This document shows positions 41,701-50,923 of a stretch of 64,000 nucleotides of DNA, one piece after another. This DNA is from Bacteroidaceae bacterium (lineage in GTDB: Bacteria; Bacillota_I; Bacilli_A; RFN20; CAG-826). The stretch's first letter is position 1. The number at the start of each line of letters is the position of its first letter. The DNA is taken from NCBI GenBank assembly GCA_963657885.1, contig CAVKNZ010000003.1:4134-68133 (forward strand), written 5' to 3'. The notes under the pieces are model-generated. The model made no database searches. It was not told the origin of the DNA and worked only from the letters and a program-made list of their open reading frames with translations. The position numbers were made by a program, and so were the translations under genes.

Positions 41701-43644
41701 ATGAGCAACGAAAATATCGAAAAGTCATACTCTGCCGCAGATATAGAAATCTTAGATGGTTTAGCTGGTGTAAGAAAACGTCCTGGAATGTATATCGGAC
41801 CAACTAATTCTACTGGTTTGCACCATTTAGTTTGGGAAATTGTCGATAACGCCATCGACGAAGCTTTAAATGGCTTTGGAAAAGTGATTTGTATCACTTT
41901 GCATCGAGATGGATCGGTTTCTGTTCTTGATGAAGGCCGAGGAATTCCTGTTGATATTCATAAAGGTACAGGAATGCCTGCTGTGCAATTAATTTTCTCT
42001 ACTTTGCATAGCGGAGGTAAGTTTTCATCGAAAGTTTATTCTTCTTCTGGCGGTCTTCATGGGGTCGGCTCAACTGCGACAAACGCTTTAAGCGAATACT
42101 GTGATGTCACAGTCTTCCGCGATGGCAAGATTTATAATCTTCGTTTTGAAAATGGCGGTAAGCTTGTTAAACCATTGACTGTCATTGGAACTACGAAAAA
42201 GCATGGTACGCTCGTAAGATTTAAACCAGATGCTAAGATATTTTCTACTACAAACTTCCAATTTGATGTCATTGTTAGTCACGTTCAAGAAAGTGCCTTT
42301 TTACTTAAAGGTGTTAAATTTGATGTTTTAGAAGAAAAAACTGGGAAACGTGCTGAACTTTGTTACGAGCAAGGATTGAAAGAATACGTTGAATATCTCA
42401 ATAAAGAGAAAACTCCTTTAGGAGAAGTTATTGCTTTTAGTGGCGAAGAAGATCAAATCAAAATTGAAATGGCCTTTCAATATTGCGATAAAGATTATGG
42501 CGAATACATCTATTCATACGCTAACAATGTTCGAACTCGAGATGGCGGAACTCACGAAGTTGGATTTAAATCTGGTATTACTAAAGCAGTCAATGATTAT
42601 GCGATTGAAAATCAATTAGTCAAAGGAAAAATTAAATTAGAAGGCAACGATATTCGCGAAGGTTTAACCGCGGTAATATCTTTAAAAATGCCTGAACAAA
42701 AGACACTTTTTGAAAGCCAAACAAAGCAAAAATTATACACGCCTGAAGCATTGACGATTGTTAATAATTTTGTCTATAACAACTTCACGTATTATTTAAA
42801 TGAACACAAAGAATTTGCTGTTAATCTCATCAGAAAATGTATTCAAGCCTTGAATGCTAGATTAGCTGCAAGAAAAGCAAAAGATGAAATTCACAACAAT
42901 AAAAAACTTAAAAGTGATGTGATTTTATCAAATAAATTAACTCCTGCCCAATCAAAAGATTACGACAAGAACGAACTCTTCATTGTTGAAGGGCAATCCG
43001 CCGGAGGAACTGCTAAAAATGGACGCGATCGACTCCATCAGGCTATTCTTCCATTAAGAGGCAAACCGCTTAACACTGACTCAGTTTCTGTAGAACGTAT
43101 GCTTAAAAATGAAGAATTTGCTGCTTTGGTCAACACCATCGGCGCAGGTTTCTCCGAGAATTTTAATGTCGATAATTCTCATTATGGAAAAGTCATTATA
43201 ATGACGGATGCTGATACCGATGGCGCTCACATTCAAACTTTATTGATTACCTTCTTTTATAACTATATGAAACCGTTAATCTTAAAAGGAAAATTGTTCG
43301 TTGCAATGCCACCTTTATATAGAGTTTCAAAAGAAGTTAATCACAAATTAGTTTATAAATATGCCTGGGATGATGAAGGCTTAGAAAAAGCTAAGAAGGA
43401 AATTGGAAGTGGCTATAGAATTTCCCGTTATAAAGGACTTGGAGAAATGGATGCCAGTCAACTTTGGGAATCAACCATGAATCCACGAACTCGACAATTA
43501 TGCAAAGTAACAATTGAAGATCCTGTTTCAGCTGCTAGAGAAATATCAATTTTAATGGGCAATGATACAGTTATTCGTCGTCAATGGGTAGAAGAAAATG
43601 TCAATTTCTCTGAAATTGATGAGTTTATCGACGAGGTAAAATAA
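41701..43644 (+). CDS. parE: Topoisomerase IV subunit B (type IIA topoisomerase ATPase subunit)
   Basis: LDGLAGVRKRPGMYIG, HHLVWEIVDNAIDE, EGQSAGG, MTDADTDGAHI. I call parE rather than gyrB from the plsY-parE-parC synteny. An extended -10 TGcTATAAT lies at 41667-41675. Confidence 0.8.
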   Translation: MSNENIEKSYSAADIEILDGLAGVRKRPGMYIGPTNSTGLHHLVWEIVDNAIDEALNGFGKVICITLHRDGSVSVLDEGRGIPVDIHKGTGMPAVQLIFSTLHSGGKFSSKVYSSSGGLHGVGSTATNALSEYCDVTVFRDGKIYNLRFENGGKLVKPLTVIGTTKKHGTLVRFKPDAKIFSTTNFQFDVIVSHVQESAFLLKGVKFDVLEEKTGKRAELCYEQGLKEYVEYLNKEKTPLGEVIAFSGEEDQIKIEMAFQYCDKDYGEYIYSYANNVRTRDGGTHEVGFKSGITKAVNDYAIENQLVKGKIKLEGNDIREGLTAVISLKMPEQKTLFESQTKQKLYTPEALTIVNNFVYNNFTYYLNEHKEFAVNLIRKCIQALNARLAARKAKDEIHNNKKLKSDVILSNKLTPAQSKDYDKNELFIVEGQSAGGTAKNGRDRLHQAILPLRGKPLNTDSVSVERMLKNEEFAALVNTIGAGFSENFNVDNSHYGKVIIMTDADTDGAHIQTLLITFFYNYMKPLILKGKLFVAMPPLYRVSKEVNHKLVYKYAWDDEGLEKAKKEIGSGYRISRYKGLGEMDASQLWESTMNPRTRQLCKVTIEDPVSAAREISILMGNDTVIRRQWVEENVNFSEIDEFIDEVK

Positions 43645-43645
43645 G

Positions 43646-46261
43646 ATGGCAAAGAAGAAAAATGTTGAACCAGTAGAAACAGAAATCGTCGAAAATATTC
43701 ACAACGAAACAGTCGAACAAATCATGGGTTCTCGCTATGCAACCTATGCAAAATACGTTATTCAAGATCGCGCTATTCCTGATGCTCGAGATGGCTTAAA
43801 ACCTGTTCAAAGAAGAATTATTTATTCCATGTATAAATCGGGTAATATTTTTACTCGTCCAACTAGAAAAAGTGCCCATACAGTCGGTGAAGTTATGGCT
43901 AAGTATCATCCTCATGGAGACTCTTCGATTTACGAAGCTTTAGTTAGAATGTCTCAAGATTGGAAACAAAATCATCCTCTTGTAGATTTTCAAGGAAATA
44001 ATGGTTCCATCGATGGCGACCAAGCTGCTGCTTACCGATATACGGAAGCTCGCTTAAGTCAAATCGCTGAAGAAATGGTTAGAGATATCGATAAAGATAC
44101 GGTGGAGAAAACCTTAACATTTGATGATACTGAATTTGAACCAGTCGTTCTTCCGGCTAGATTCCCTAACCTTTTAGTCAATGGTTCTGAAGGTATTGCA
44201 GTTGCGTTAGCAACTGAAATCCCGACTCATAATTTAAGAGAAGTTATTGACGCAGTCATTTATCGCATAAATCATATTCGCGTTGAGCCAAAAGATTTAA
44301 TGCAATTTGTTCCGGCGCCTGATTTTCCGACAGGTGGATTCATCTATTCCAGCGAAGGTTTAACTGATATTTATACAACCGGTCGAGGAAGAATTGAAAT
44401 TTCATCGAAAACAGAAATATCTAATAACGCTCAAGGGAAACAAATTATTGTCACTGAGATTCCTTTTAAAACGATAAAAAAAGATTTAGTTTATGAAATC
44501 GATAAATTAATTCATGACAAAGTTATTTCCGGAATGAGCGAAGTTCGCGATGAAAGCGATCGTAAAGGACTTCGAATTGTTATCGACTTAAAGAAAGACG
44601 CTAATGCAGAACTCATTCATAAATATTTAATGAATAAAACCGGCTTGAAAGTCAGCTATTCAGTCAACTGTGTCGCCATTGTTAATGGTCGACCAAAAAC
44701 GATGAATTTATTAGATTTTGTCGATGCATTTATCGACCATCAAGTGGATGTAATTACGCGAAGAACCAATTATGATTTAAAGAAAGATGAATCTCGCTTA
44801 GAAATTGTCAATGGTTTAATTAAAGCTATTTCCATTCTTGATGAAGTTGTTTCAACGATTAGATCTAGTAAAGATAAAGCTGATGCCAAAATAAATATTC
44901 AAAAGAAATTTAGTTTTAGCGAAGCTCAAAGTGAAGCTATTGTCATGCTTCAACTTTATAAGTTGTCTAATACAGATATTACAACATTAAAGAATGAAAA
45001 AGAGACAATTGAAAAAGAAATTGAATTTTTCAAAGGTATCCTTTCTGATCGCAAAAAATTAGACCGTTTATTAATAAATGAGTTAAAAGCCATTTCTACT
45101 AAATATGGCAAAGATAGAAAAACTCAAATAATTGAAAAGTCTGAACCGGTCTCATTTGACAAGCGCGATTTGATCTCAAAAGAAGAAATTATGGTGGCTT
45201 TAACTCGCGATGGTTATATCAAATATAGTTCGATTAAATCTTATCGCGGCAGTGGAGTCAATGCTCTTCCAGGATTAAAGGAAGGCGATACTTGTGTTTT
45301 TAGCGGTAAAGCTATGACAACAGATTATCTTATTGCTTTTACTAATTTGGGCAATTTCTTATACATTCCTGTCCATAAAATTAGTGAAAACAAATGGAAA
45401 GATGAAGGCAAACATTTAAATTATTTAATCAATTTGAATCCAAATGAAAAAATAATTAGAGCCTTTGCTATCGAAGAATTCCGTGACGATTTATTCTTTG
45501 TCATCGCTTCTAAACACGGACAAATTAAGCGCTTAGCATTGAATGATTTTTCAGTTATACGTTATTCCAAGCCAATAACTTGTATGAAACTATTGCAAGA
45601 TGATGAAATCTGCGATGTTGTTTTCACTAAAGGCAATGCCAATTTGGTGCTTTTCACTAGCGACGGGAATTCAACGATGTTTAATGAAAATGAATTGCCT
45701 TACGCCACGCTTAGATCTGGCGGATTCAAAGGTGTTTCTTCTTTGAAGAAAGCAACTGTTGCTGGTCTATTAGCCTATGATGGAGGAGTTAATAAAGGAA
45801 AAACCATCTTATTAACCGATAAAGGTTCAGTAAGAATATATGATGTTTCTAACACTAACCTCACCAATCGTTTAGGCAAATTATCTTCTGTATTCCGTTC
45901 TTTTAAAAGCGAGATTCATAATTTAATTTATGTTAAAAAAGTTGAAGACACTAACGCGCCTACAATCATCCACGTTTTGGACAAAAATCGTGAAATAGTT
46001 AACATTAATGTCGATGATTATCACGTTACTCCGCTTGAAAGATATGCAAAAACCAACATTGATATTGCTAAGAAAAATTCTTTAGTTATTCCTTTTGTTG
46101 AAGGAAATGAGCGAATTAGTAAAGATACTGTTTCTGAATACGTAAAAAAAGATGATACCTTTGTTGAAGAAAGTGAAGTAGAAGATAAAGAAGACAAAAT
46201 CGAAAAAGAGGAAGAAGAAAAAGGTTATACCCAAATTTCTATCTTTGATGATGAAGATTAA
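43646..46261 (+). CDS. parC: Topoisomerase IV subunit A with an extended acidic C-terminal tail
   Basis: AIPDARDGLKPVQRRI, HPHGD, and AAYRYTEARL (catalytic Tyr region). 871 aa, ending in an E/D/K-rich tail. Confidence 0.8.
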   Translation: MAKKKNVEPVETEIVENIHNETVEQIMGSRYATYAKYVIQDRAIPDARDGLKPVQRRIIYSMYKSGNIFTRPTRKSAHTVGEVMAKYHPHGDSSIYEALVRMSQDWKQNHPLVDFQGNNGSIDGDQAAAYRYTEARLSQIAEEMVRDIDKDTVEKTLTFDDTEFEPVVLPARFPNLLVNGSEGIAVALATEIPTHNLREVIDAVIYRINHIRVEPKDLMQFVPAPDFPTGGFIYSSEGLTDIYTTGRGRIEISSKTEISNNAQGKQIIVTEIPFKTIKKDLVYEIDKLIHDKVISGMSEVRDESDRKGLRIVIDLKKDANAELIHKYLMNKTGLKVSYSVNCVAIVNGRPKTMNLLDFVDAFIDHQVDVITRRTNYDLKKDESRLEIVNGLIKAISILDEVVSTIRSSKDKADAKINIQKKFSFSEAQSEAIVMLQLYKLSNTDITTLKNEKETIEKEIEFFKGILSDRKKLDRLLINELKAISTKYGKDRKTQIIEKSEPVSFDKRDLISKEEIMVALTRDGYIKYSSIKSYRGSGVNALPGLKEGDTCVFSGKAMTTDYLIAFTNLGNFLYIPVHKISENKWKDEGKHLNYLINLNPNEKIIRAFAIEEFRDDLFFVIASKHGQIKRLALNDFSVIRYSKPITCMKLLQDDEICDVVFTKGNANLVLFTSDGNSTMFNENELPYATLRSGGFKGVSSLKKATVAGLLAYDGGVNKGKTILLTDKGSVRIYDVSNTNLTNRLGKLSSVFRSFKSEIHNLIYVKKVEDTNAPTIIHVLDKNREIVNINVDDYHVTPLERYAKTNIDIAKKNSLVIPFVEGNERISKDTVSEYVKKDDTFVEESEVEDKEDKIEKEEEEKGYTQISIFDDED

Positions 46262-46278
46262 TTAGCCAGCTCAAAAGA

Positions 46279-46308
46279 TTGAAATCTTTTGATTGCAGCA
46301 GTTATAAT
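46279..46308 (+). promoter_or_regulatory. Promoter TTGAAA-N18-TATAAT, with the -10 box 6 nt upstream of the yqeG ATG
   Basis: TTGAAA at 46279-46284 and TATAAT at 46303-46308; the ATG is at 46315. No SD. The -35 box overlaps a weak A/T hairpin at 46273-46290. Confidence 0.55.
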
Positions 46309-46314
46309 TAGATT

Positions 46315-46854
46315 ATGTTCAAGCGATACATTCCTTATGCCTATGCAAAAAGCATTTACGAAATTGATCCTCAGTTTTTTCTAAAAGAGAATGTTAAATA
46401 TTTATTTCTTGATTTAGATAATACGCTCGATTCATATAAACAAAAATTACCAAATCCGGAAGCCTTTAAATTAAAAGAAAATATTGAAAAACTTGGAATT
46501 AAAATTTACATAATTTCGAATAACACTGGTAAACGTGTGAGTTTATACGCTAATAAGCTCGAAGTTGCTTATCTAAATTCTATTGGAAAACCTTTTGCAT
46601 TTAAGATTAAGCGATTCTTAAAAAAGAACAATATTAACCCTAATGAGGTCATGATGGTAGGGGACCAACTTATAACAGATATTGCTATGAGCAATAGAGC
46701 TAAGATAAAATCTATTTATGTAGAAAAGTTAGTTCGTGAAGATCAAATAACTACTAGATTTAATCGAATATTTGAAAAGCCGGTCAAACGCTACCTCAAA
46801 AAGCGAAACTTATTTACTAATTGGAAGGAGAAACTTTATGGCGGAGATAAGTAA
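46315..46854 (+). CDS. yqeG: YqeG-family HAD phosphatase
   Basis: LFLDLDNTL, ISNN, GDQLITD. Starts the yqeG-yqeH-nadD-yqeK-rsfS cluster, as in Bacillus. Confidence 0.85.
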   Translation: MFKRYIPYAYAKSIYEIDPQFFLKENVKYLFLDLDNTLDSYKQKLPNPEAFKLKENIEKLGIKIYIISNNTGKRVSLYANKLEVAYLNSIGKPFAFKIKRFLKKNNINPNEVMMVGDQLITDIAMSNRAKIKSIYVEKLVREDQITTRFNRIFEKPVKRYLKKRNLFTNWKEKLYGGDK

Positions 46855-47989
46855 AATTAGACGTTGCTATAACTGCGGAGTAATTCTTCAAAGCGAAGAT
46901 AGTTCTAAAGAAGGTTATGTTAACAAAGAAATTTTGGAAAATGCGTCACAAAATTTCGTTTTCTGCAATCATTGTTTTGAACAAGAACGTTTTAAAAAAG
47001 CGATTAATGAACCTCCATTAAATCCTGAATTAATCGATATTATTAAAGATGGTATCGCTAAAGATGGTTTGTTTGTCTATGTGGTTAATCTCTTCTCTTT
47101 TGAAGCTTCATTTAATAGTCAATTAATCGAACTATTAAAAGGTGCTCGTTTATTAGTTGTTGGCAATAAATTCGATCTATTACCTGTTGGAAGTAAACAA
47201 GATTTTATTTGTGAATATGTTGCCCATCGCTTTAGAGCAAGTGGCTTAAAAAATGTAAAAGCAAGTGACGTAGTCGTTACCAGTGCATTTAACGATGAGC
47301 AAACTCGCCAAGTTATTCAAAAAATATATGAATTAAAAAACAGTAAGAACGTCTACATCATTGGAAGCCAATTATCTGGTAGAAGCACGCTTATTTCCTC
47401 TTTCTTAAGAGTCATCAATAACTTGTCACAAGGAAACATCGTAACCGAGCCTTACTCGAAGACAAACATCGATGTTTTAAAAATTCCTTTCAATTCAAAA
47501 ACCGCTATGTATGACCTTCCTGGTATCAGCTTAGAAAATTCATTCCTTTATAACTTAGATAAACATACTCTTAAAGAAATTTATCTATTAAAAGCCGTAA
47601 AAGGTAGAGATGTTGCTTTATCTGAAAAACAATGCTTATTTATCGGAGGATTATCGTTCATCGAATTTGTTGAAGGTAAGCGAACTGTTTTTACCGCATA
47701 TTTTCATGACAAAGTAGTTTTAAAGAAAACGCACTTATCGAATAAAAACATCGATTCTCGCTTCGTTTATTTAGTGAATGAAAAGGCGCTTAAACCAGCG
47801 CATCCAAATATCCATTCCTTAAAAGATTTAGATGTATACGATTTAGCTATTACCGAAACTGGGCCACGTGATATTGGTATTCTTGGCTTAGGATGGATCA
47901 CTTTTAAAGGAAATAATCAAAAGCTTAGATTGTATGTGCCTAAAGGTGTTTCTATTTATCACACGCGGTCAAAAATCGACTTGAAATAA
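46838..47989 (+). CDS. yqeH: Ribosome-biogenesis GTPase YqeH (circularly permuted GTPase)
   Basis: N-terminal zinc finger CYNCG...CNHCF, NKFDLL placed before GSQLSGRST (permuted order). The ATG at 46838 follows AAGGAG. Confidence 0.85.
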   Translation: MAEISKIRRCYNCGVILQSEDSSKEGYVNKEILENASQNFVFCNHCFEQERFKKAINEPPLNPELIDIIKDGIAKDGLFVYVVNLFSFEASFNSQLIELLKGARLLVVGNKFDLLPVGSKQDFICEYVAHRFRASGLKNVKASDVVVTSAFNDEQTRQVIQKIYELKNSKNVYIIGSQLSGRSTLISSFLRVINNLSQGNIVTEPYSKTNIDVLKIPFNSKTAMYDLPGISLENSFLYNLDKHTLKEIYLLKAVKGRDVALSEKQCLFIGGLSFIEFVEGKRTVFTAYFHDKVVLKKTHLSNKNIDSRFVYLVNEKALKPAHPNIHSLKDLDVYDLAITETGPRDIGILGLGWITFKGNNQKLRLYVPKGVSIYHTRSKIDLK

Positions 47990-47990
47990 A

Positions 47991-49103
47991 ATGGCTAACT
48001 ATCTTCTTTTCGGCGGAACTTTCGACCCTGTTCATAATGGCCATATAAGAATGGCCCTTCATGCATCATTATCTCTTAATGCTGATGTTATTTTTATTCC
48101 TGCGAAAGCTCCTAGATGGAAAAATCCTTTAACATCTAGCCTAGATCGCTTAGCTATGCTACGACTTGCTTTAAAGCATTGTCCAAGTGGGTCACGAATT
48201 TCTGAATTTGAACTTCAAAGCAATGGAGATATCAATTATACAATTGATACAGTGCGTCATTATAAAAGTCTTTATCCAAAAGATAAACTTTATCTTATTA
48301 TCGGAGCGGACCAAGTAAATCAATTCGGAAATTGGAAAAACGCAGAAGAAATTGCTAAATCAGTACAGATTGTTTTCATCTCACGGCCTGATGTTGAATT
48401 AAATAAAGATGTTATCGCTACCTACAATATGCTTGATTTGCATTATTATGAAAGCGGAGATGTAAGCTCAACTAAAATCCGTAACTTAGAGTCAATTGAC
48501 ACACCTTTTGAAGTTATTCATTACATTGAAGATCATCGACTTTATTTCGTTGAGAAACTAGCAAAGATGCTCGATGAGCATCGTTTAAATCATTCTATCG
48601 AAGTAGCTAATTTAGCTTTAGATATTGCTAAAGCAAATCATTTAAATAATCCAGAAAAATATTACATCGCAGCTTTATTGCATGATTTGGGGAAAGCAAC
48701 ACGCGGAGTTAAAGAAGATATGCTATCAGTGATGGAAAAATATTATCCTGAATATCTAAATTTGCCTCCTTTTGCATATCACCAATTTTATGGTGAATAT
48801 CTCGCGAAGAAATATTTTTCTATAACCGATGAAAGCATCTTAAAAGCAATAAGATATCATTGCACCGGCAACGAAAATATGGATTCATTAGCGATGGTAG
48901 TTTACGCTAGCGATAAAATTGAACCGACACGAGGCTTTGATTCGACATTTTTAATTTCTTCTTGTTTAAAAAATTATAAGCAAGGTTTCATCGATACCTT
49001 GATTGATAATAAAAAATATTTACTATCACACAATAAAGACATTTTAAATCCATTGACAGACGCATGTTTTAAAATGTATTTACCAAAAAAGGAGCAAGCA
49101 TGA
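47991..49103 (+). CDS. nadD: Fusion of nicotinate-nucleotide adenylyltransferase NadD (N-terminal half) with the HD-domain hydrolase YqeK (C-terminal half)
   Basis: GGTFDPVHNGH...ISST (NadD) is followed, from about aa 190, by LNHSIEVANLALDIA...LLHDLGK...RYHCTG (HD domain). Confidence 0.85.
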   Translation: MANYLLFGGTFDPVHNGHIRMALHASLSLNADVIFIPAKAPRWKNPLTSSLDRLAMLRLALKHCPSGSRISEFELQSNGDINYTIDTVRHYKSLYPKDKLYLIIGADQVNQFGNWKNAEEIAKSVQIVFISRPDVELNKDVIATYNMLDLHYYESGDVSSTKIRNLESIDTPFEVIHYIEDHRLYFVEKLAKMLDEHRLNHSIEVANLALDIAKANHLNNPEKYYIAALLHDLGKATRGVKEDMLSVMEKYYPEYLNLPPFAYHQFYGEYLAKKYFSITDESILKAIRYHCTGNENMDSLAMVVYASDKIEPTRGFDSTFLISSCLKNYKQGFIDTLIDNKKYLLSHNKDILNPLTDACFKMYLPKKEQA

Positions 49104-49423
49104 AAAAAGATAAGATTGTATTGTTAGCAGAAAAGACATTAAGTGAGCACAAAGCTGAAAATATTGAGACGATTGATGTAAAAGAAAGAACGCCATTTGC
49201 TGATTACTATGTTTTAGCGACCGCGAGTAACTCTCGACATTTAAAAGCGTTATGCGAATTAGTGGAAGATGCTTTTGAAAAAGAAAAAGTGAAGATAAAT
49301 CACATCGAGGGTAAGAGCGAAACTGGTTGGATTTTAATTGATGCCTATCATGTCATTGTAAACATCTTCACCAAAGAAGAACGCGAACGAATTAATATCT
49401 CTGATTTGCTTTCTAAGAAGTAG
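49100..49423 (+). CDS. rsfS: Ribosomal silencing factor RsfS
   Basis: 107 aa with ...FADYYVLATASNSRHLKAL...GWILIDAYHVIVNIF. Follows yqeK. Confidence 0.9.
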   Translation: MKKDKIVLLAEKTLSEHKAENIETIDVKERTPFADYYVLATASNSRHLKALCELVEDAFEKEKVKINHIEGKSETGWILIDAYHVIVNIFTKEERERINISDLLSKK

Positions 49424-49470
49424 CAGTTGCTCTTTTTTCTTTATTTGGTAAGAAATGGGAAAATATATAA

Positions 49471-49498
49471 ACTTCGCATAATCGATATTATGTTAACC
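49471..49498 (+). other. dif: dif, the XerC/XerD chromosome-dimer resolution site
   Basis: ACTTCGCATAA-TCGATA-TTATGTTAACC matches both E. coli dif and B. subtilis dif at 21/28, with the inner CATAA/TTATG dyad intact. It lies in a non-coding gap at the strand-orientation switch. Confidence 0.8.
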
Positions 49499-49614
49499 AA
49501 AGTATGATTAAAATCGATAATATCTAATCTTTTATTATTACAATGTTTCGTTCAATAATTTTAATGCACCATCTTTAAATGATGTTTTCCACCAAAAATT
49601 TGTGTATAAAAACT

Positions 49615-49641
49615 ACTAACAAACTACTAATTTTAAATTAT
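49615..49641 (+). repeat. Phased pentamer repeat, copy A2
   Basis: ACTAAcaaactACTAAttttaaATTAT is 24/27 identical to copy C. It lies 117 bp right of dif and 15-18 nt upstream of the next ORF start. Confidence 0.75.
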
Positions 49642-49655
49642 GAGTTATACTAGCG

Positions 49656-50135
49656 TTGATGAATATTACCATTACCGGCGTTCTTGTTTCCTTACTATTA
49701 GCCATTCTCTTATTGCCGCGCTTTATCTATTTTATGATCGTCAATAAACGTCAATATCCAAAAGAGTTATTTTCAAAGCAATATTTATTTTTGTTTATTT
49801 TAAATTTCTTTTTATCGTTAACTCTTGTTGCTCTTTCATTATTCTTTTCTACGTCTTTTAATAGTCTTGGTCTATTCTTTGTTTGGCTATTTATTACTTT
49901 AACAATGCTCTTTTTAGCGTTGCTTATCTTAGTTATCTTTATGATGAATGGCTACAATCCTTATTTTCAATTTAAAAAGATGTTACTTCCAATTCCTATC
50001 TACTTCATCGAAGCTATAGCAATTGTTTTAACATCATTACTATCGAACAATTATTATCTTCTTATCCCTGGATCAATCTATTTATTTACTTCCTTTATTT
50101 GGAATTATAAAGGTTATTTACTATTGAGAAATTAA
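49656..50135 (+). CDS. Hypothetical polytopic membrane protein (~159 aa)
   Basis: Four to five long hydrophobic segments. Start is TTG at 49656 or ATG at 49659, with no SD. It converges on the permease gene with a 4-nt overlap. No family recognised. Confidence 0.5.
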   Translation: MMNITITGVLVSLLLAILLLPRFIYFMIVNKRQYPKELFSKQYLFLFILNFFLSLTLVALSLFFSTSFNSLGLFFVWLFITLTMLFLALLILVIFMMNGYNPYFQFKKMLLPIPIYFIEAIAIVLTSLLSNNYYLLIPGSIYLFTSFIWNYKGYLLLRN

Positions 50136-50923
50136 TTTGTTGCTTTTGTTTTCTTGGCCTCTTTATTTAGCCTATTTTTCGCAAAATAAATAACAATATC
50201 GATTACGCCGATTATAAAGATGGCGATTAAAGAATAAGCTAAAATGCTTACCATATCGACAGTTGTTGAGGCATCACGAATCAACTTTCCTAAGCCTTCA
50301 GCGGAGTCGCTACCCGCTAAAATTTCACTCATAATCGAAACTTTCATGCCTAAGCCAATGCTAGAGGCAATGCCTAAGGCAATATAGTTACTTGATAATG
50401 GTAAATAAAATTTAAATACTGATTTAATAGTTTTTGAACCATCTATTTTTAAGGCATTTATTAAATTAGGATCAATATTTTTAAAGCCAGAAACTACGCT
50501 TTCATAGATTAATGGAAAGGTAATTAAGAAAACGACAATTATAGGAGCGTATTTTGGTTTTAATAAAGCGATGATTATAAATATAACCGCGGCTGTTGGT
50601 ATCGTTTTTAAAACGATGACAAACGGTTTAAAGAAAAGATAAAAATTTTCAAATAATCCGGCTAATACACCAAAAATTAGTCCTGTAACAATACTTAAAG
50701 CGATGGCAATTACAAGTCTTAACAAGGTTCCTCCAATAGCTAGATATGTTTTTTCTTTGCCTAATACGATAAAGAATTCAGGAAATACTTTATCTGGACC
50801 AGGAAGCAAAGTCGTATTAGCTAGTAAAGATATGAGCCACCACAATAAAAAGACCCCAATAATCCCTAACAAAGAGTAAATTAACACTTTGTGTTGATCA
50901 TAGAGGTCTTTTATTTTATTCAT
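50132..50923 (-). CDS. ABC transporter permease (binding-protein-dependent, NitT/TauT/ThiX-like)
   Basis: 263 aa with ~6 TM helices and an EAA-like loop (INALKIDGSKTIKSVFKFYLP). Confidence 0.75.
   Translation of the reverse strand: MNKIKDLYDQHKVLIYSLLGIIGVFLLWWLISLLANTTLLPGPDKVFPEFFIVLGKEKTYLAIGGTLLRLVIAIALSIVTGLIFGVLAGLFENFYLFFKPFVIVLKTIPTAAVIFIIIALLKPKYAPIIVVFLITFPLIYESVVSGFKNIDPNLINALKIDGSKTIKSVFKFYLPLSSNYIALGIASSIGLGMKVSIMSEILAGSDSAEGLGKLIRDASTTVDMVSILAYSLIAIFIIGVIDIVIYFAKNRLNKEAKKTKATN

Noticed and set aside
49499-49614. The idea that the 49.5-kb gap is a decayed duplicate of the whole dxs locus. Both a dxs-downstream-like element (dif / dif-like) and a dxs-upstream-like 27-mer occur there, in the same order.
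   Set aside because: By eye, the ~115 bp between the two elements shows no convincing similarity to either end of dxs beyond AT-rich background. The data do not support this beyond the two short repeats, which I reported separately.
49611-49630. TACTAAC within the repeat is identical to the yeast intron branch-point and STAR-protein binding motif.
   Set aside because: This is a eukaryotic signal with no bacterial counterpart, and a 7-mer coincidence inside an AT-rich repeat.
49424-49655. A riboswitch or small-peptide gene in the 232-bp gap upstream of the membrane-protein gene.
   Set aside because: The sequence is extremely AT-rich with no conserved GC-rich helices. The only ORFs are 5-24 codons long and have no SD. 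The gap is better explained by the dif site and the repeat copy.
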